Part shown: positions 40,729 to 51,364 of the stretch, in pieces
How the letters are laid out: each line of letters starts with the position of its first letter
Numbering within the stretch: the first letter of the stretch is position 1
Translations under genes and position numbers: made by a program
Notes under the pieces: generated by a model
The model's input: only the letters and a program-made list of their open reading frames with translations
Told to the model about the DNA's origin: nothing
Databases searched by the model: none
NCBI GenBank assembly: GCA_016839705.1
Contig: JAEOTR010000003.1
Coordinates: 1 to 61,308, forward strand
Length of the DNA: 61,308 nt
Source: Promethearchaeota archaeon
Lineage (GTDB): Archaea; Asgardarchaeota; Lokiarchaeia; Sigyniarchaeales; SOKP01
Direction: 5' to 3'

Positions 40729-42003
40729 TCATAATTTCAATGAAAATAAGGGATTTAAACGAGCAACAATTTCTCCTAAGTTTAACTGGAGTGTTTTTAA
40801 AATTACGTCTCTTCCTCTATATTCAAATTGTAATTCCCCTACATTTCTAATTATTTTTAACCTACTTGTATTTGTTTTTAGTGAAGTTACAAAATACCTT
40901 TGATGTTTATACTCCAAAATATCTAATACATCCTCAATATCTGTTAGTTCATACCCTCCACCATGAGGGAGGAGATAGGCATTAGTCAAGGTATCAACTA
41001 GCTCTAAATTTTCTGCTCTTCCTAGAAACTTCTCATTTCTTAATGTAGTCATTGAAAAACTTTTTTTCCCTCTAAATAGATAAGCAGAAATATCTGCTCT
41101 TAATGTTGTTGGAAATATATCCGAAGTAATAATGCTACAACTAGTATCCGTACAATTGCTTCCTAAGTACATGTTATTATAGTCTTTAAGAAATTGATGG
41201 GGTTGGTTACAAATTATATCGTATCCATAATCAAAAAGTTTACTTGCAATTATCTCTCTTTTTGAATTAGAGAATTTTAAAGCTTGGTTATGAATCTTAA
41301 GAAAAGATTTTGCTTCAGAATCCAGTAAAATATATTGTTTCCCAAGTTTAGTATTTACTTCTACTGATTGCTCTTTCAGTAATTTAGATTTATCAATATA
41401 AAGCCCCGCACCATATTCATTATCGTCTCGAAATTCGGGAGCGGAACCATGAATCAAGAAAATATAAGGTGGAAGGTCTAAATCCGATAAATTCTTTGTT
41501 TCAAAACAATTAATGAAGTGATTAGATATTCCATAATCCCAATTTATCAGAATATCACTATGATAGAGCTCAGTGGATTTAACATCATCTATCTTTTTGA
41601 TTAAGTCGTAAGGATCTGGTACCTCTTTTAATCCTCCAACAAGTAATCCACAACAATTGGGCTTTACGTTTAAAAAAATAATTGTTTCCCCTCCTTCCCC
41701 CCAATTTAAGCGACCCCCGTATCCTAATCCAGAATTCCATCGAAATTTATTTCTCGATATTGTTTCATCTGGAGAACTAATAAATGTTGCTTTTGGTTCA
41801 AATCCGTATTTTTCTTGGATAAGATGCATTTGAGCAAGTCCATATTTCATATTTGCTTTACATAGTTTAGATGCACCATCATTCAGACCTGTGGAAAAAA
41901 TGAATTGATTTGCTCTATCTAATAAATCCAATTTTGTTAGCTCAGAAACTTTTTGGGTTTGAGATGATATTCGCATTTTAACTAGTATTCCGGATAGAAC
42001 CAA
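40729..42003 (-). CDS. Divergent RtcB-like protein
   Basis: SPD, GYGG, PNCCG, SNHF, IHGS, QPHQ and PHGGG occur in the order of the RtcB metal and GMP ligands. Confidence 0.55.
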   Translation of the reverse strand: MVLSGILVKMRISSQTQKVSELTKLDLLDRANQFIFSTGLNDGASKLCKANMKYGLAQMHLIQEKYGFEPKATFISSPDETISRNKFRWNSGLGYGGRLNWGEGGETIIFLNVKPNCCGLLVGGLKEVPDPYDLIKKIDDVKSTELYHSDILINWDYGISNHFINCFETKNLSDLDLPPYIFLIHGSAPEFRDDNEYGAGLYIDKSKLLKEQSVEVNTKLGKQYILLDSEAKSFLKIHNQALKFSNSKREIIASKLFDYGYDIICNQPHQFLKDYNNMYLGSNCTDTSCSIITSDIFPTTLRADISAYLFRGKKSFSMTTLRNEKFLGRAENLELVDTLTNAYLLPHGGGYELTDIEDVLDILEYKHQRYFVTSLKTNTSRLKIIRNVGELQFEYRGRDVILKTLQLNLGEIVARLNPLFSLKL

Positions 42004-42113
42004 TATATTCTAGTCAAAGCATATATAGAAAATATTTATATATAAGATTAATGATATTACATGGAAAAGATCACTGAAAAACTCTTAAAAAAAGTGAAGT
42101 TAAAACATTTAAA

Positions 42114-42734
42114 ATGAATGAATTGACTGATTTTGTATTATACGACGCTTTGAAAAAAAAGGTTAGCATTGGAACTTTTACAGGTTCAATTATTTCAAAG
42201 TGTCAAGATAAAATAATCTTTTCTGATAATCTAACTATTTCAGATTCTGAGAGAATATCAATATCACAGGGTCTTATTGTAGGCTTCGAAAATGGGGATA
42301 AGAAACCATCTGCGATATCCAAAAAGGCTGATTTTTCATGGGAAATTAGAGAAGATTCTCCATTAGAATACGCAGTATTGATATCAGAAAATATAATGGA
42401 GCAATATAATAAAGAACAGTTTCCATTTCCCTTTACCATTAGTTTATGTCATACAGCTGGATTATATTTAAACAATGCGAGAGGAGAAATTGATCATCTT
42501 GATTTTTTTAAAGATGAGATCCTTAAAAATCCCGTGTCGTTAATTGAAAATGGGATTATAATGGCAGATCGGGTAGTGATTAATGAGAAGGGAGATCCTG
42601 TCTTTTATGATTGTATCATCGTTGGCAGAGATGATGATGATGAAATTAAAGCGAGTTATGAGTTTTTTGTTAATGTTGATGATAAAAATGTTTTATACAT
42701 TATTATTTTAGGAATTGAAGAATTGAAGGTATGA
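42114..42734 (+). CDS. Hypothetical protein
   Basis: 206-aa acidic ORF, no recognised motif. Confidence 0.6.
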   Translation: MNELTDFVLYDALKKKVSIGTFTGSIISKCQDKIIFSDNLTISDSERISISQGLIVGFENGDKKPSAISKKADFSWEIREDSPLEYAVLISENIMEQYNKEQFPFPFTISLCHTAGLYLNNARGEIDHLDFFKDEILKNPVSLIENGIIMADRVVINEKGDPVFYDCIIVGRDDDDEIKASYEFFVNVDDKNVLYIIILGIEELKV

Positions 42735-42790
42735 ATCTCTTTTAATAATTCCATTAAAGCAATTAGATAACTTTTTTATAGCTTAATTCT

Positions 42791-43252
42791 TTGGCGTATT
42801 ATATGTTTATGGTTATAACAACAGCAAACATAATTGTTGGTATTTTGATTACCATCTCGGGTATCGCATTACTAAGGTATTTTGCACAAAGAAAAGCTGA
42901 AAATAACTCCTACAAGCCAGCAGTTTTCATTTATATAATTTGGTCGATTATATTCTATTTTGGATTAACATATCTCTATGGTTATATATCTTCCTCATAT
43001 ATTCTTCTAGAATCTCCCTTGAGATCTGGTTTTATGACATTACATGCGATCGTAACTATAATAATTGAATTAATTATTATCAGTATTCTCATTAAATATT
43101 TTTACAAAGCTCGTTTTGAAGATTCGATTTTCATGGCGATTCAAGTTATGTCAGTTCAAATCCTCATGAGAATTATCGCGACAAACATTCTAGCAATAAT
43201 ATTCAATTTAACTACTGGAGGTTTCATCTTCTTTTATTTTTTCCAATACTGA
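42791..43252 (+). CDS. Four-TM membrane protein
   Basis: Four hydrophobic helices; probable paralog of 43265..43726 (LIKYFY..FEDSIF vs LMSYIY..HIDSFI). Confidence 0.65.
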   Translation: MAYYMFMVITTANIIVGILITISGIALLRYFAQRKAENNSYKPAVFIYIIWSIIFYFGLTYLYGYISSSYILLESPLRSGFMTLHAIVTIIIELIIISILIKYFYKARFEDSIFMAIQVMSVQILMRIIATNILAIIFNLTTGGFIFFYFFQY

Positions 43253-43264
43253 ATAAAAAAATAG

Positions 43265-43726
43265 GTGAAAAATATGAACATAATCGTAATTTTGTTTGAT
43301 ATTTTATTTATAATAGTAGTTATAATCCTAAAATCATATCTACTGCTATGGTTGGCAAATCATAAAAAATGGGAGAATAATCTCCAAAAGAGTATTTTAA
43401 CTAATATTTATTGGCTACTTATAATGCTGGGAATTAGCCTCGTTTTGATAATCACTTTACCTATGATATTCAGTGCACTGGTTATAGATTATTTAAATAA
43501 TTTTTTCTGGTTTACATTTATCAACTTAGGATTCTTTGCAATAAATTTTATTATAGGATATTTGCTTATGTCTTACATCTATAATGGATCTCATATTGAT
43601 AGCTTTATAATATCCTTAATTCTAATAATTACAGAAAAAACAGTTATTCTAGTTATCGAAGCCCTAACACTCATAATCTTTAGTACTTATCTATTCGAGG
43701 GAATCTATGTTTTTAGCCCTTATTAA
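43265..43726 (+). CDS. Four-TM membrane protein
   Basis: Four hydrophobic helices; the true start is probably the ATG after AGGTGA. Confidence 0.65.
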   Translation: MKNMNIIVILFDILFIIVVIILKSYLLLWLANHKKWENNLQKSILTNIYWLLIMLGISLVLIITLPMIFSALVIDYLNNFFWFTFINLGFFAINFIIGYLLMSYIYNGSHIDSFIISLILIITEKTVILVIEALTLIIFSTYLFEGIYVFSPY

Positions 43727-43837
43727 AATGATATTCTTTTTTTCTTTTATGAATTTTTAGAAAAACATATTTGATGTAAAAATAACTTTTATTATTCTTT
43801 GAAGACTCATTATAGTGTTTTATAATTATTTTAGTAA

Positions 43838-45118
43838 TTGAATCTTAAGATAATGCTTCTATTTGAAAACAAAGAACAGAAAATAATTAATACACTAAAA
43901 TTTATAGGTTCCCCATTTAAGAAATTTGTCAGTACGGGGGAGATTAAGGAGGATATTGGATTAGTTCCCTCCAGACAAGAATTTTTAGCCGATATTCTTA
44001 ATATCATCAAACGTGATGAAAATTTTATTTTGCCAATAGTAGGGGAGGTAGGCCAAGGGAAGACTCACTTATTTTGGGTATTAAAGAATGTCCTACATAA
44101 TTATAATTCAGTTTATATTTCTTTAGAAACAGTTTATAAGAAATTCTATTATCATACATATTCAGAGTTCATCGAAAGTATGGCAGTCAAACTTGGTGAT
44201 AAGATGGATTCAGAGGATAGAATTGAACCATTAAGGAATATGACAAAACAGTTGTGTAATGAATGGGGTGCAAATCAGAGAAAATTTGGTTTTTTTCCAC
44301 TAGCGGATATGGAAAAAATAAAGGAAATAGCATTCAAAAAATGGTCTAAAAAATATGAAAATAAAGATGCCTTAATAGATATCATTAGCGCAATTACAGC
44401 CCACCAATTAGAACCTTATAAGAAATTTGAAGCGGAACGATGGCTCATTGGTGAATTGATGGATGTGAGAGATCTTTCCAGATTGAATTTAAAACATGAT
44501 CTTAGAAAAAGAAGCCATGCATTCACAATGTTAAGAGTATTTATTGAGAACTCAAATAAAAATAGCTTGTTATTTCTAGATGACTTCGAAAAGGTTGTCC
44601 CAATTCAGAAGGATATCTATGAAAGTTCTGAACATACTGAAGATATTGAAGAAGTATTTGATCCTCGATGGTTTGGAACGAAAAAAGTTCCAGAAGAATA
44701 CTCTGCAGAGAAAACATTAGACAATATCCTTGAGTTGCATAAAATAAGAGGGTTAAAAATGATAATCACTCTTAAATCCACTGAATACTTTGAAGAATTA
44801 AAGAAGAAGATTAGGAGAAAAAATAGAAAGTTATTAATCATGCTTAAAAAACCGTTTATCATATCTGATTTCAAAGAAAAAGATTTATTCCAGTTCTATA
44901 AGGAAAATCTAGAATTCTTCTTCGCAAAAGCTAATTACAATGAATATGCCAAATTTTTCTCACATTCCTACTTTCCATTAAATGAAGCAGTTTTAAAACA
45001 TATTTTTAAAGAAGCAGATGGTAATCCTCGAGAAGTTATAAAATATCTGATTAAAATTTTTAATGATATTATCATTTCAAATGAAAAATTAGATAAAATA
45101 CTTGAAAAGTATCAATGA
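43838..45118 (+). CDS. P-loop AAA-type ATPase (BrxD/DUF2791-like features)
   Basis: Walker A GEVGQGKT, Walker B LLFLDDFE, AERWLIGE, C-terminal GNPRE. Confidence 0.7.
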   Translation: MNLKIMLLFENKEQKIINTLKFIGSPFKKFVSTGEIKEDIGLVPSRQEFLADILNIIKRDENFILPIVGEVGQGKTHLFWVLKNVLHNYNSVYISLETVYKKFYYHTYSEFIESMAVKLGDKMDSEDRIEPLRNMTKQLCNEWGANQRKFGFFPLADMEKIKEIAFKKWSKKYENKDALIDIISAITAHQLEPYKKFEAERWLIGELMDVRDLSRLNLKHDLRKRSHAFTMLRVFIENSNKNSLLFLDDFEKVVPIQKDIYESSEHTEDIEEVFDPRWFGTKKVPEEYSAEKTLDNILELHKIRGLKMIITLKSTEYFEELKKKIRRKNRKLLIMLKKPFIISDFKEKDLFQFYKENLEFFFAKANYNEYAKFFSHSYFPLNEAVLKHIFKEADGNPREVIKYLIKIFNDIIISNEKLDKILEKYQ

Positions 45119-45133
45119 TATTTAAAACATAAC

Positions 45134-45871
45134 TTACAGTGTTTTTAGAAGAATTCTCTGCATTGTGTCTATTTCTTTCAAGTACTGCTCTTTATAGCTA
45201 ACATCCCATCCCGCATTGATGACAAATTCTCGAAATGTCTCCAAATTCGAAATTGAAGTAAATTTCATTAGAAGAAGTGATCTTATTCCTTGTGGTTTTA
45301 GAATTTTATAAATTTCAGAAGAATCTAACAACTTAAATATATTTTCAGTACTTAGAAATAGCCTTTCAAGAACCTGTCTACAAAGATCTAAGATTTCTGA
45401 TTCTTTTGAATTTAAAACACGAAAGAATTGAGCTCTAATAGAATCAGGGAGGATTTCAAGATTTTTTAACATGGTCAAAACACTCCTTTTAACAGGAAGA
45501 TAATCATCATTTAGTGCATTTCCCATTAAGATGATTATTTTTTCATTTAGCTTTGAATGTTTGGAAATCTTGATAATTGCCTGAATTATTTCATATCTAA
45601 TCCATCTATCAGACGTATAATACATATCAATTAATTTCTGTAAGTATGCCTCTGAAATTTGTATTTCCTTCCCAATTTCCCCTAAAACAAAAACCACATT
45701 CAGTTTGACTCTCTCATAGAGTTGCTTTTCTAAATTATTCATAAAAAAATCTAAAAAGCTGAGATATTCTTTATTTGGATTCTTACCTAATTCAATTAAA
45801 AAATTATTGATTATTTCAGGATCTCTAGATTCCTTAGCTTCTTTATAACGAGCCTCAATTAAATCCGTCAT
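45134..45871 (-). CDS. HEAT-repeat protein
   Basis: FVLGEIG, DRWIRYEIIQAI, ALNDDYLPVK helical repeats. Confidence 0.65.
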   Translation of the reverse strand: MTDLIEARYKEAKESRDPEIINNFLIELGKNPNKEYLSFLDFFMNNLEKQLYERVKLNVVFVLGEIGKEIQISEAYLQKLIDMYYTSDRWIRYEIIQAIIKISKHSKLNEKIIILMGNALNDDYLPVKRSVLTMLKNLEILPDSIRAQFFRVLNSKESEILDLCRQVLERLFLSTENIFKLLDSSEIYKILKPQGIRSLLLMKFTSISNLETFREFVINAGWDVSYKEQYLKEIDTMQRILLKTL

Positions 45872-45923
45872 GATTAAAATTATATTTGACCCTTATGAAA
45901 TAAAATAGAAAAGAGATTTATTC

Positions 45924-47324
45924 TTATTTATCTGGATCTTCGACGATTCTTTTTAGAGGTTTCACCATTTCTGTTTTTATATTAGCATAAAACTGTTTTC
46001 TAAAGTCTTCATTGTTTTCAATTAAGGGTATAAGCATATCACTCATTTTTTTTGCATTTTTATCATTTTGAGGAAACGTGTCATATAAACCATGTTGCTC
46101 ATAGTATTTATCATCTGCCCTAAAAATAAATTTCATTCCGCCAAAAACTGCATCTCTGAAAAGCAATTCAGCTCCTTTACTAAGATAAGTACGAGTTTGA
46201 ACATAATTGGAGTTTGAAAATCTAATTGATTGGGCTGCAAAATTTTGTAAGAGTGAGTCGATCTCCTCTGAAGTTCCATATTCATCAGTAACAAAATCAA
46301 TAACATTAGATCCTTGGGATTCAGAGTACGCTGAAAAAATTTGTTTAAGATTAGGAATTTGACTTAGGGGTCCAGATATAATGAAGCCAATTTGTTTATC
46401 CAACAAAGTCGGTACATGATTATTAAAAAAACTCCTATCAAAGACCATTTTCCATCTTGAAGATAAATATCTATCTCTTATGTTTCCAGCAAACACTATA
46501 ATATCTGATTTTCTTACTTTTTCATCCCAAACTTCCATAAAATCATCTTTCTCCTTGTAGACGCATTGATTATCATAACCGCACTGAAGACAACCTAAAC
46601 ATCCTCCCTTAATGTCAATATCATTAATATCAATAACATCAGTTTTCCCAGAAAAAGCTATTCGAAATCTCTTAATCATCTTACCTAGATTTGTTTCTTC
46701 ATCCAAGGAGTCTGTAAGAATAAGGATTTTTTTATTTTCTGTATCAATTTTGTTTTCTTCACTTACTTTTTCTTTTGGTAAATAATTAAATTCACGAGGG
46801 TTTAAGTTTAGAAAATGCTTTGAAGTTGGAACATTGTTTTCAATAATATGGAAAAAATTTTCCGTGAAGGCTATTAATCTCTCTCTCTCTTCTGGTATCA
46901 TTAAATCTCTTGAATCAGCAGAAAAACCTTTAATAAATTTCATTTCAAGGTCTTCTGATATTGCTCGTAAATAATTATGGGAGGTATGATCAAAGTAATG
47001 AATTGACGTCGTTAGAGACACAACGTATTTATCTTTGAAAGCGCTTTCAACATTTTTTTCTGTGATAAGCTCAATAAACCGCTTATATTGAGAGGGGACA
47101 AGGCAATAATATACAGGAGTTCCCCATATTATCCCATCAGCGGCTTGAATTTTATTTATAATATCTTGAAATTTTTCTTGGTTTTTTTCAATCTTTTTAA
47201 TTTGCTGAGATATATTTATTATCTTAAGTGAGTGCTGTGGGAATTTTTTTTGGATATATAAGATATACTGCATAGTAACGCTTTCATCACCCTTGGGACT
47301 TCCATTTAAAACTACAATTTGCAT
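45924..47324 (-). CDS. Two-domain flavodoxin-fold / iron-sulfur flavoprotein (NADPH-dependent FMN reductase family)
   Basis: LNGSPK, ADGIIWGTPVY, second domain GCLGCLQC..NQC...DD, KMVFDR. Confidence 0.8.
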   Translation of the reverse strand: MQIVVLNGSPKGDESVTMQYILYIQKKFPQHSLKIINISQQIKKIEKNQEKFQDIINKIQAADGIIWGTPVYYCLVPSQYKRFIELITEKNVESAFKDKYVVSLTTSIHYFDHTSHNYLRAISEDLEMKFIKGFSADSRDLMIPEERERLIAFTENFFHIIENNVPTSKHFLNLNPREFNYLPKEKVSEENKIDTENKKILILTDSLDEETNLGKMIKRFRIAFSGKTDVIDINDIDIKGGCLGCLQCGYDNQCVYKEKDDFMEVWDEKVRKSDIIVFAGNIRDRYLSSRWKMVFDRSFFNNHVPTLLDKQIGFIISGPLSQIPNLKQIFSAYSESQGSNVIDFVTDEYGTSEEIDSLLQNFAAQSIRFSNSNYVQTRTYLSKGAELLFRDAVFGGMKFIFRADDKYYEQHGLYDTFPQNDKNAKKMSDMLIPLIENNEDFRKQFYANIKTEMVKPLKRIVEDPDK

Positions 47325-47431
47325 TTGAATCTCTCTTTAATTATTTATTAGTAATTATTGATAGGAAAATAGAATTAATAACGGTTTTCCATGGGATTTT
47401 TGATCTTAAATATAACTCCTAAGATTTTCTT

Positions 47432-49375
47432 TTAGACTCTTATCTTACTAATAAATATCCCATTTATCAAAGGTTCAAGAGAAGGGATATCTTTCAATTG
47501 AATTTCTTGATTCATTTCGTAGAACTTCTCAAATGTCTGCCACACTGCCTTATCACTTTGTATTTCATCTAAAAAAGATGTAATCCGAATTTGAGCTGAA
47601 TATGACTGACCTTTGAAAACATAGCATATAAAGAAAGATGATAAAGAGTTAATTAGAATAGTATGTTCACCAAAAATCACACGATCAAGTCCTTCAGAAA
47701 ACATTTCATTAATAAAAGAATTTATTGCACTTAAAAAACCACCAAAAAGATGATCTTCAAAGTCTTGATCTTCACTAAATGAATGAGAGAAGATTGGCTT
47801 TCCTCCCTCTGAAATAATTAAAAGGAAGATAGGGTGTTCATCAGATAGCTCAGGAACATCTATCTCTCGTTTTCTGACCATTCCTTCCATCTGCTCATCT
47901 ATACGTGCTAACTCCATGCGTTCAGATAAGGATGCTTTGGAATCTTTCAATTTCTCCCATATATCTAATTTATTAAGTAATTCATCATGTTCATTTGAAA
48001 TTTTTATTGCTAACCGATTAAGACCATATTTATCTGCTATTTCCTGAGCTTTAGTCAAGAATTGCCGAGTTTTTATCACATCCAATGTCATTAATGACAA
48101 TCTTGCTTTTAATAAATATGTTTCAGCTAATAAAGAATAAGAACGAGAGTTTTTGACAGTGTCAAATAATTGAGAAATATAAACTTGCAATTCATCTAGT
48201 ATTTCTGGTTCGCTAGTAGCATGTAATTCAAATAGTAGCAAGTCACATAAATTAAGGAGAACCATTTTTAAAAATTCAGTTTCGAGAATTCCTTCTTCAA
48301 TTAATTGTTTTAATATCTCTTCAGCTTTACCCCGATTGAGAGCTCGGGGGCTATATTTCAGGTATATTGCTTTATCTATGCTATATAGTAGATTATAAAG
48401 ATATGCTTGATTCTTTTCTTGATCGACGATTTGCTTCATTCGATTTAAATATCGCTGTGCTTTTTCAAGATCTTTCATATCAAGAGCTAAGTGAAACAAA
48501 CTATCAGAAACACCAAATATTCGCACAGCACCTAATTTCTCTCTATATTCTTCTGCAATACTCATACTTTTTTCCAGGTTTTCTAACGCACGGTCGTAGT
48601 CTCCTTTTTCTTGATAGAGTTCTCCAACGCGAATATTTGTAGCATAACGAAATAACAAATCGTTTTCTTTCTCAAAAAATGCTAGAGCTTTTTCAGAATA
48701 ACTAAGAGCTCGATCTAGTTCACCTTTCATATGGTAAATACCTCCAATTTGCCAATAACGCTGATGAAGAAGGCGTATTAAGCCAAGATTAGTGATAATG
48801 GTTATAGATGATTCAGTATATTCTAGAGCACGGTTTAAATCTCCAATTGCCCAGAAAAACCGCCCAAGTGTGCCAAGACAAAGGGCAATATCTGCTTTTT
48901 GATCGAGGTCTTCGTATATTGCTAGAGATTCCTCCCAACATTCTTTGGCTTTTTCAAATTCTACTTTCTGCTGATAATATATGCCTTTTTGCAACAATAC
49001 ATTTGCTTTTCTTTTTGTGAGTTCTGTGGATATGTCTTGAGGAAGCGTCTTCAGTAGTACTTCACTCTGTTTGATAAATTCAGATGCTTCATGTGGCTTG
49101 TCCAAAATCCACAGGAAAGTGTTTGTCATTTGAATATAGACATCAAGCAATAATAGGGAATTTTCAAGCTTTTGACTTTCTTGAAAAGCCTTTTCGGCAT
49201 ATTTTGTACATTCATTCCAATCTAAAAAATAAACAGCGATTCTACTTTTAAGTATATAATAAGATATTCGCTCATGGAAAGGGAGATCTTTTTTCTTTCC
49301 AAAATCATTTAGCAATTGAAGCGCTTTTTCGATTTTCCCTTCCTCAATAAGTTTTTCTACCTTAATCAATTCCAT
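47432..49375 (-). CDS. TPR protein with C-terminal longin-like domain
   Basis: Repeated GELDRAL.Y.EKAL TPRs; C-terminal LLIISEGGKPIFSHSF...LFGGFLSAINSF..EMF...FFICYVF. Confidence 0.75.
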   Translation of the reverse strand: MELIKVEKLIEEGKIEKALQLLNDFGKKKDLPFHERISYYILKSRIAVYFLDWNECTKYAEKAFQESQKLENSLLLLDVYIQMTNTFLWILDKPHEASEFIKQSEVLLKTLPQDISTELTKRKANVLLQKGIYYQQKVEFEKAKECWEESLAIYEDLDQKADIALCLGTLGRFFWAIGDLNRALEYTESSITIITNLGLIRLLHQRYWQIGGIYHMKGELDRALSYSEKALAFFEKENDLLFRYATNIRVGELYQEKGDYDRALENLEKSMSIAEEYREKLGAVRIFGVSDSLFHLALDMKDLEKAQRYLNRMKQIVDQEKNQAYLYNLLYSIDKAIYLKYSPRALNRGKAEEILKQLIEEGILETEFLKMVLLNLCDLLLFELHATSEPEILDELQVYISQLFDTVKNSRSYSLLAETYLLKARLSLMTLDVIKTRQFLTKAQEIADKYGLNRLAIKISNEHDELLNKLDIWEKLKDSKASLSERMELARIDEQMEGMVRKREIDVPELSDEHPIFLLIISEGGKPIFSHSFSEDQDFEDHLFGGFLSAINSFINEMFSEGLDRVIFGEHTILINSLSSFFICYVFKGQSYSAQIRITSFLDEIQSDKAVWQTFEKFYEMNQEIQLKDIPSLEPLINGIFISKIRV

Positions 49376-49594
49376 ATTTTCTGAATGAGAATAACTTTCA
49401 ATTTGGATTATAACCTTAAAAGTACAATTAACATAATATTAAGCTATTTATAATTTTAAATGTAACGAAGGAAATGAAAGAATAGAAAAAAAGAATTTTT
49501 AATATCTTGAAATTAGCAAATAAACATATAATATAATTTAAATGTATTAACAATTTTCTTATAAAATTATTATTAGAAAGTAATGATGTAAAGA

Positions 49595-50959
49595 ATGGAT
49601 GATCAAAATTTTCAAATTGTTGAGGAAGAGTATTTACCCTCTTCTAGAAAAACAAATTTCTTTCAGATTGATCTTCTAAAAGCTGCAATGATATTTTTGG
49701 TCATTTTTGATCATTTCGTATCTTGGAATATTAAAACGGATATTGGGGTCGCTCTATGGGAAAGAATTTCCATCCCCGTCTTATTAGTAATACTTGGATT
49801 TAATATGGGGCATTCTTTTAAGGAACATGGTGATCTCTCGTTAAAACAATTGTATTCAAGGGAGTATTTCAAGAAAAAAATCCTACGTTATGTAGTTCCC
49901 TTTCTTATTCTGTACGCAGTTTCAACCTTTATTGGTTTATTTTTATATGGATTCGATTTTTCTGCCATGTATAATAATCAATATTACCCTGATCACGGAT
50001 TTATTAACTTGTTTTATTTAATATTGCCTTTTTGGGGACCTGGGAATTGGTTCATCCCACTTTTATTCCAATCAATTCTCATCATGCCAATATTATATTG
50101 GGCCTTTACTAAAAAACCAGTACTTACACTAATTTTAACCTTTGTGGTGGAAATCACAATGCAAGTTATTGTTTTTTTCGTTATTGGTGATATCACATCT
50201 TGGGAAGAATTACATTACCTAGGATTATTCATGAATAGTATCTTGTTTTATCTTTCTGCAGTTGGTTTGGGCATATGGTTTTCCTCTGGTCATAAACTTA
50301 CAGAAAAAAGAAATCTCTTTATGTGGATATTATTTCCGATTAGTTTATACTACATAATTTATTATCAATTTTTTGAGTTTCGATTTAGGTTTGGAGGTAC
50401 TCCTCTCATTAGAGGAGACTATCATTTTTTGGTTTTTCCCTATTCTGCATTTTTAGTTTTGCTTGCACTCAATTTTTTACCTAAAACTTCAAAAGCAAGA
50501 ATCTCCAAGACTATATCTTTAATTGGAAAATCAACATATCACATATTACTCACCCAGATATTGGGATATGCAATGATCACTATGTGGTGGGGGACTCATT
50601 ATGGAATGGATGTTCCATTCAATCCTTTTGATATAATAGATTTATTGGTATTGTGGCTTGTTTTTATTTGGTTAGGTATAATCTGGTATAAAATCGATCA
50701 CCAAGAAGATTTAAGAAGAAAAATATTATACTACCTCAATTTTTTCATTATGTTTCCAAGTGTTTTCATATTTACCTTTTGGGCCCAAACTTTCTTGACT
50801 CCAAATCCATTCCTCCCAATTTTTCTTTGTGCAATCGCGGCTGTATTACTACATTTTGTTATTAAAAGACCATTAGATATACATATATTATTTATCTGGA
50901 CGGTATTCTTAGTAATAAGCTTTATTACGGTGATCCCTATCTCTAATTTTTCTCACTAA
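49595..50959 (+). CDS. Acyltransferase-3 (OafA-like) membrane protein
   Basis: QIDLLKAAMIFLVIFDH, IPVLLVILG, WFIP, IGKSTYHILLTQ. Confidence 0.8.
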   Translation: MDDQNFQIVEEEYLPSSRKTNFFQIDLLKAAMIFLVIFDHFVSWNIKTDIGVALWERISIPVLLVILGFNMGHSFKEHGDLSLKQLYSREYFKKKILRYVVPFLILYAVSTFIGLFLYGFDFSAMYNNQYYPDHGFINLFYLILPFWGPGNWFIPLLFQSILIMPILYWAFTKKPVLTLILTFVVEITMQVIVFFVIGDITSWEELHYLGLFMNSILFYLSAVGLGIWFSSGHKLTEKRNLFMWILFPISLYYIIYYQFFEFRFRFGGTPLIRGDYHFLVFPYSAFLVLLALNFLPKTSKARISKTISLIGKSTYHILLTQILGYAMITMWWGTHYGMDVPFNPFDIIDLLVLWLVFIWLGIIWYKIDHQEDLRRKILYYLNFFIMFPSVFIFTFWAQTFLTPNPFLPIFLCAIAAVLLHFVIKRPLDIHILFIWTVFLVISFITVIPISNFSH

Positions 50960-51097
50960 GCGAATTTTGGATTCCATCTATTCATTTGGGAACTTACCTA
51001 ATTTTTGAGATTCGAGACTTATCTAAAAGAGAACAATGCTCAGGATAAAATTCTAAAAAAAAAGAAATTAAAAAAAATTAATTTCAGGTATAAACAC

Positions 51098-51334
51098 TTA
51101 TTTTACAGCTTCAAAATATATATACCATATTTCGTCATCATCAAGGTATTCTGTTCCTAAATGTTTGTGCTTTGTTTTAGCCAAATCTCGTGGGACAGAC
51201 TCACTTGCAGGTTTATAATCTGTAATGACTTTTAATACTGTTCCAGGTCTCATTTTCATGAGTTGTTTTTTAGTCTTTAAAGCAGGAACAGGACATACAA
51301 GTCCACAGGCGTTTAATTCCATATCAAATTTCAT
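51098..51334 (-). CDS. tusA: TusA-family sulfur carrier
   Basis: LNACGLVCPVP..KTKK.L..M.PG.VLKVITD. Confidence 0.85.
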   Translation of the reverse strand: MKFDMELNACGLVCPVPALKTKKQLMKMRPGTVLKVITDYKPASESVPRDLAKTKHKHLGTEYLDDDEIWYIYFEAVK

Positions 51335-51364
51335 GATTTTTACCTCTTTAGTATTTTTTCGTTT

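Noticed and set aside
42061-42117. 18-codon ORF MEKITEKLLKKVKLKHLK overlapping the 42114 start; possible frameshifted N-terminus
   Set aside because: Cannot distinguish chance, a micro-ORF or a one-base homopolymer error without homologs
50945-51048. Alternative-frame segment LSEFWIPSIHLGTYLIF after the acyltransferase stop; possible lost last TM
   Set aside because: Too short and unsupported without an alignment
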